From NCBI RefSeq assembly GCF_963921235.1, contig NC_086097.1, positions 169,262,001-169,326,000 on the forward strand: a DNA stretch of 64,000 nt. Direction: 5' to 3'. This document shows positions 60,933 through 64,000 of the stretch, in pieces; position 1 is the first letter of the stretch, and the number at the start of each line of letters is the position of its first letter. The notes beneath the pieces are model-generated. The model saw nothing but the letters and a program-made list of their open reading frames with translations. It did no database searches and was not told the origin of the DNA. The position numbers were made by a program, and so were the translations under genes. Origin of the DNA: Mobula hypostoma. Lineage: Eukaryota.

Positions 60933-63175
60933 CTGTTTTGAGATTAAAAGATTTTTTTTTGTGTAAGTCCTTTTTAAAAAAATTACAAGGACAAATCCTT
61001 TGTACTTTTATGCTGCACAACCTTCAGTCAAGAGCAACTTTCTCAGCTGAGAGGATTGCCGAGGCAAACAATTTAGGCTGACAAAAGTTTAATATTGAAA
61101 GAGTAGTACATTGCTGGAGGTTCTTTCCTTTCATTCAGTTAATGGGAGCAACCATCATTCCTCCCAATTTTGGACCAACTTAAACACAAGTATGGGTTAT
61201 TTACTTGGTGTGCCTGCTGATATCTATCATTCATCCTGGATTATGACAAGGATATAGGTACAAATGGATTTTGCTTATAGGTTTTGCCATTCATCAGCAG
61301 ATCTTGACCACAAAACGTTACTGCGTGTTGCACTCTTCAAATATAAGACACCAGGATTATCATGCATTGCAAAAGTAACCTTACTTCTTTTCTTTGGCAC
61401 AGGGTTAAATAAGATCAGAGAACTGAATGCATAGTTCAAAGACTGGTCTGAGAGAAATGGGCTTCAATTAAAACCAAAACAGAACCAGTGCTGGGAAAAG
61501 AGCTGTTTCATTGAGAGGCATCACACTTGCACTCAGAGTGGGCCAAGCTCATTGTTCCAGTCATTTGATTCCTCAGGGCTATAGTTAAGGCTCTAAATTA
61601 AACACTGAGGACAGATGGACATTCTGGAGAGTGAAACTTTGAATATTAAGGGAAATGGCAAAGCAATAGGACAGGGTAACAAAGTGGATAATGATCAGAG
61701 TATTTGAGGAAGGGACAGTGCATACAAAATCAAGTAAAGCTCCAATTCCAGAGAGAGCAAAAAAAATACAAAGGCAGAATTGAGAGCTCTCCTCCAAATG
61801 CTGTAGCATTTGTAATAAGACTGAAGTAATAACAAAATACAATACCCAGTAAAGATATGATTGCAAAGTGACCAAATCTGGGAAGTACCCCAGCATACTC
61901 AATTCTTACAAAAAAAGACAAGCAAATTGAAAATAACATTGAAGAATAGGATAAGGGCAGTAGAACGAAAGGGTCTGCGCTCAGTAAAACCATACAGAAT
62001 CTGTGGGAGGATGGGAGGGAGGAGAAACAGCAAACACACAAACATTAATGGGAGCTGAATATTGGGCCACAGGCAGTAATGAGAATTAAGGGCACAGTAC
62101 ATTATCAGTGAAATTAGAGGTGTATGTAATAACCATAATAATTACAGCAGACTTAATTTTGCATATAGACAAAGCAAACTAAATTCTTGGATCCAACTCC
62201 CTCAGTACATTGAGTTGGAGGTGGCAGGATGACAGTGAAAAAATTTTGAAGGGATAGGTATAGTACTTGCAGAAAGAACACAGACCATGGGGTACTAAAG
62301 TAATTCTACAGAATTCAGCCCTTTTACTTGTACTCTACAGCTGCTGCTCAACCTACAAAGTCCCTCCAGCAGATTCTTTATTGCTTCAGATTCCAGCAGA
62401 CACAATGCACTTGTACCTCACTATACTTGTGCGCGTGATAATAAACTTGACTTGGGCCAACTATTTCTATTTCTTCCATTGCAAGCCATGACCTTAAATC
62501 CATCTCCTGTATCCACCTTCACTTTCAGTAGGCAAAAAAGCTCACAATCAAGACTGTAACCATCTAGTCAGCAACCTCTGCCCTTCTGCTCCCTTTTTTT
62601 CATCTTCCAAACAAAGTGCCCACTGCTCTTCCCAGCTTCTGTTCTAGTGAATCTTTTCTCTCACTCTCTTCTGAATTCATGCTGTCCATGAAACATGCAG
62701 CCTAATCCACCAACATCACTTCTCCTAAACACCTTATCATCCACTTCATGGACATCACAGTCTGTTCTTTCAGCAAGTACAAACCCATTCTCCTTCAAAA
62801 ATTTCCTCTGTAATCCTACCACCTACAGAACTTAACTGTTGGTCAAACAACTGGCTTACAACCTTCGCTGCTTTACAAAGCCTTTGAATATTTTGAAGTC
62901 TGACACATGCACACTGAACTTGCAAAAAGTTCTTGTTTGAATCTCTTCAATGGGAGAATAGAGGAGAGACTAAATGGATAGAACTTAATTACTTCTAATT
63001 AACAGTTCTCATCAGCTGAACAAAATGGATATACACCAAAGTCAATCCTAAAGGATCAGGTGATAGAATAGTAATGGGAGTCACTGCTAACTTTTTAAGC
63101 ATGTAATCTTTCCAATATTTATTAACGGAGTATTGAAAACTCTGACAAGAGTAATTAAAATGTTCATTAATTCAC

Positions 63176-63374
63176 CTGAACTTGACCCAGCTGCAGTATT
63201 AGGAAAATGTATAGTTCGATTCTTTATCCTTAACTTGCTAGGTGGAGATTTTGATGGAGTTTTTGATACATGTAGGTTAGGAGCCCAAGGTTCTGTGTCC
63301 AGTACTACATTTGGACTTTGTGTAGCTGCAGAAGTATCCATTGTTACATCTTCCCGAATTTGTACTTTAATTAA
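63176..63374 (-). CDS. CEP192: CEP192 coding exon (199 nt); gene continues beyond the window end
   Basis: tcttttcag|LIKVQIREDVTMDTS...KLRIKNRTIHFPNTAAGSSS(G)|gtgaat; phase 1 out matches the next exon. Confidence 0.88.
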
Positions 63375-63599
63375 CTGAAAAGAAAAACACGTTACTTGTG
63401 AACACAGAATAATACAGAAACAAAAGTTAATTATAATTCTGCGAGTTTGGTAATGTTAATATTCAAATGGCTTAGCCCATTTTGGCAAGACTTAAGCTTC
63501 AATCTTTTAAATGTTTTAAAATGAGAACACAAATTTTAGTTAAAATAGAAGTGCATTGGTATACACTTAGACATGTTGCATTTATAGTGCCTGTTTAAT

Positions 63600-64000
63600 G
63601 AGGTGTCTCTTAAATGAGGTGATCGTGTCTGACTCTACCACCTTTTCTTGTACAAAGTTCCCTAAAATCCCTTTTAAAACTTCTTCTGCTTACCTAAAAT
63701 CTATGCCCTCTTGTTTTTGATACCCATACCATGGAACAGGGATGATGATAATCTACTCAACTTATGCCAATTATAATCTTACATATCTCTATCAGGTCAC
63801 CCTGCAGCCTCTTACTTGAGAGTAAACAAGGTTTACCAATCTAATCTCTTCCCATAACTAAACTCATCCAATCCTGGCAACCCCTGTACTCTTCGTAGTG
63901 TGGTCTAACCCAAGTGTTTATAAAGTTACAGAACATCACATACCTATGAAGATAAGCACGCTAAATCCCTTCTTTACCGCCCAATTTATCTATGTTGCCA
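63600..64000 (-). mobile_element. CR1 LINE 3' fragment, decayed
   Basis: Plus strand ctatgccctcttgtttttga...ataatcttacatatctctatcaggtcacc = reverse of the GDLIE.YKI motif. Confidence 0.7.

Noticed and set aside
62480..62960. C-rich stretch possibly coding or an old LINE
   Set aside because: No ORF or motif I can identify; too degenerate to call
63087..63341. 84-aa ORF as an independent protein
   Set aside because: Internal Met of a CEP192 exon running past the donor at 63175 into the intron

Overview
Eukaryotic (vertebrate) genomic DNA, most likely a cartilaginous fish (ray/shark-type repeat landscape: dense CR1 and Rex1/Babar LINEs, V-SINE/HE1-like SINEs, Penelope-like elements). This is an inference from repeat content, not a species identification. 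The only host gene I can support is CEP192 on the minus strand: its last eight coding exons (63374-63176, 60932-60853, 58140-58045, 51584-51465, 38619-38507, 34256-34133, 29979-29921, 28280-28142) splice with GT-AG boundaries and consistent phases into 930 nt (309 aa plus stop) encoding the C-terminal ASH-domain region. A CpG-rich promoter-like patch at about 4150-4360 probably marks another, unidentified gene. Nearly everything else is transposable-element debris, often nested up to four levels deep. Most notable items: (1) a Penelope-like element with inverted pseudo-LTRs and a 10-bp target duplication inserted about 20 nt from a CEP192 splice acceptor, carrying one intact minimal hammerhead ribozyme (antisense to CEP192) and one point-mutated copy (sense); (2) a Tc1 fragment closely resembling the salmonid Sleeping Beauty right IR/DR and transposase C-terminus, a horizontal-transfer candidate; (3) two copies of a ~640-bp non-tRNA SINE-like retroposon; (4) a solo LTR, a deleted Harbinger and several MITEs with clean TSDs. 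I found no prokaryotic-type systems (no CRISPR, rRNA or operons) and cannot claim a wholly new biological system. Family assignments rest on recalled motifs, not database searches, and boundaries of degenerate repeats are approximate.
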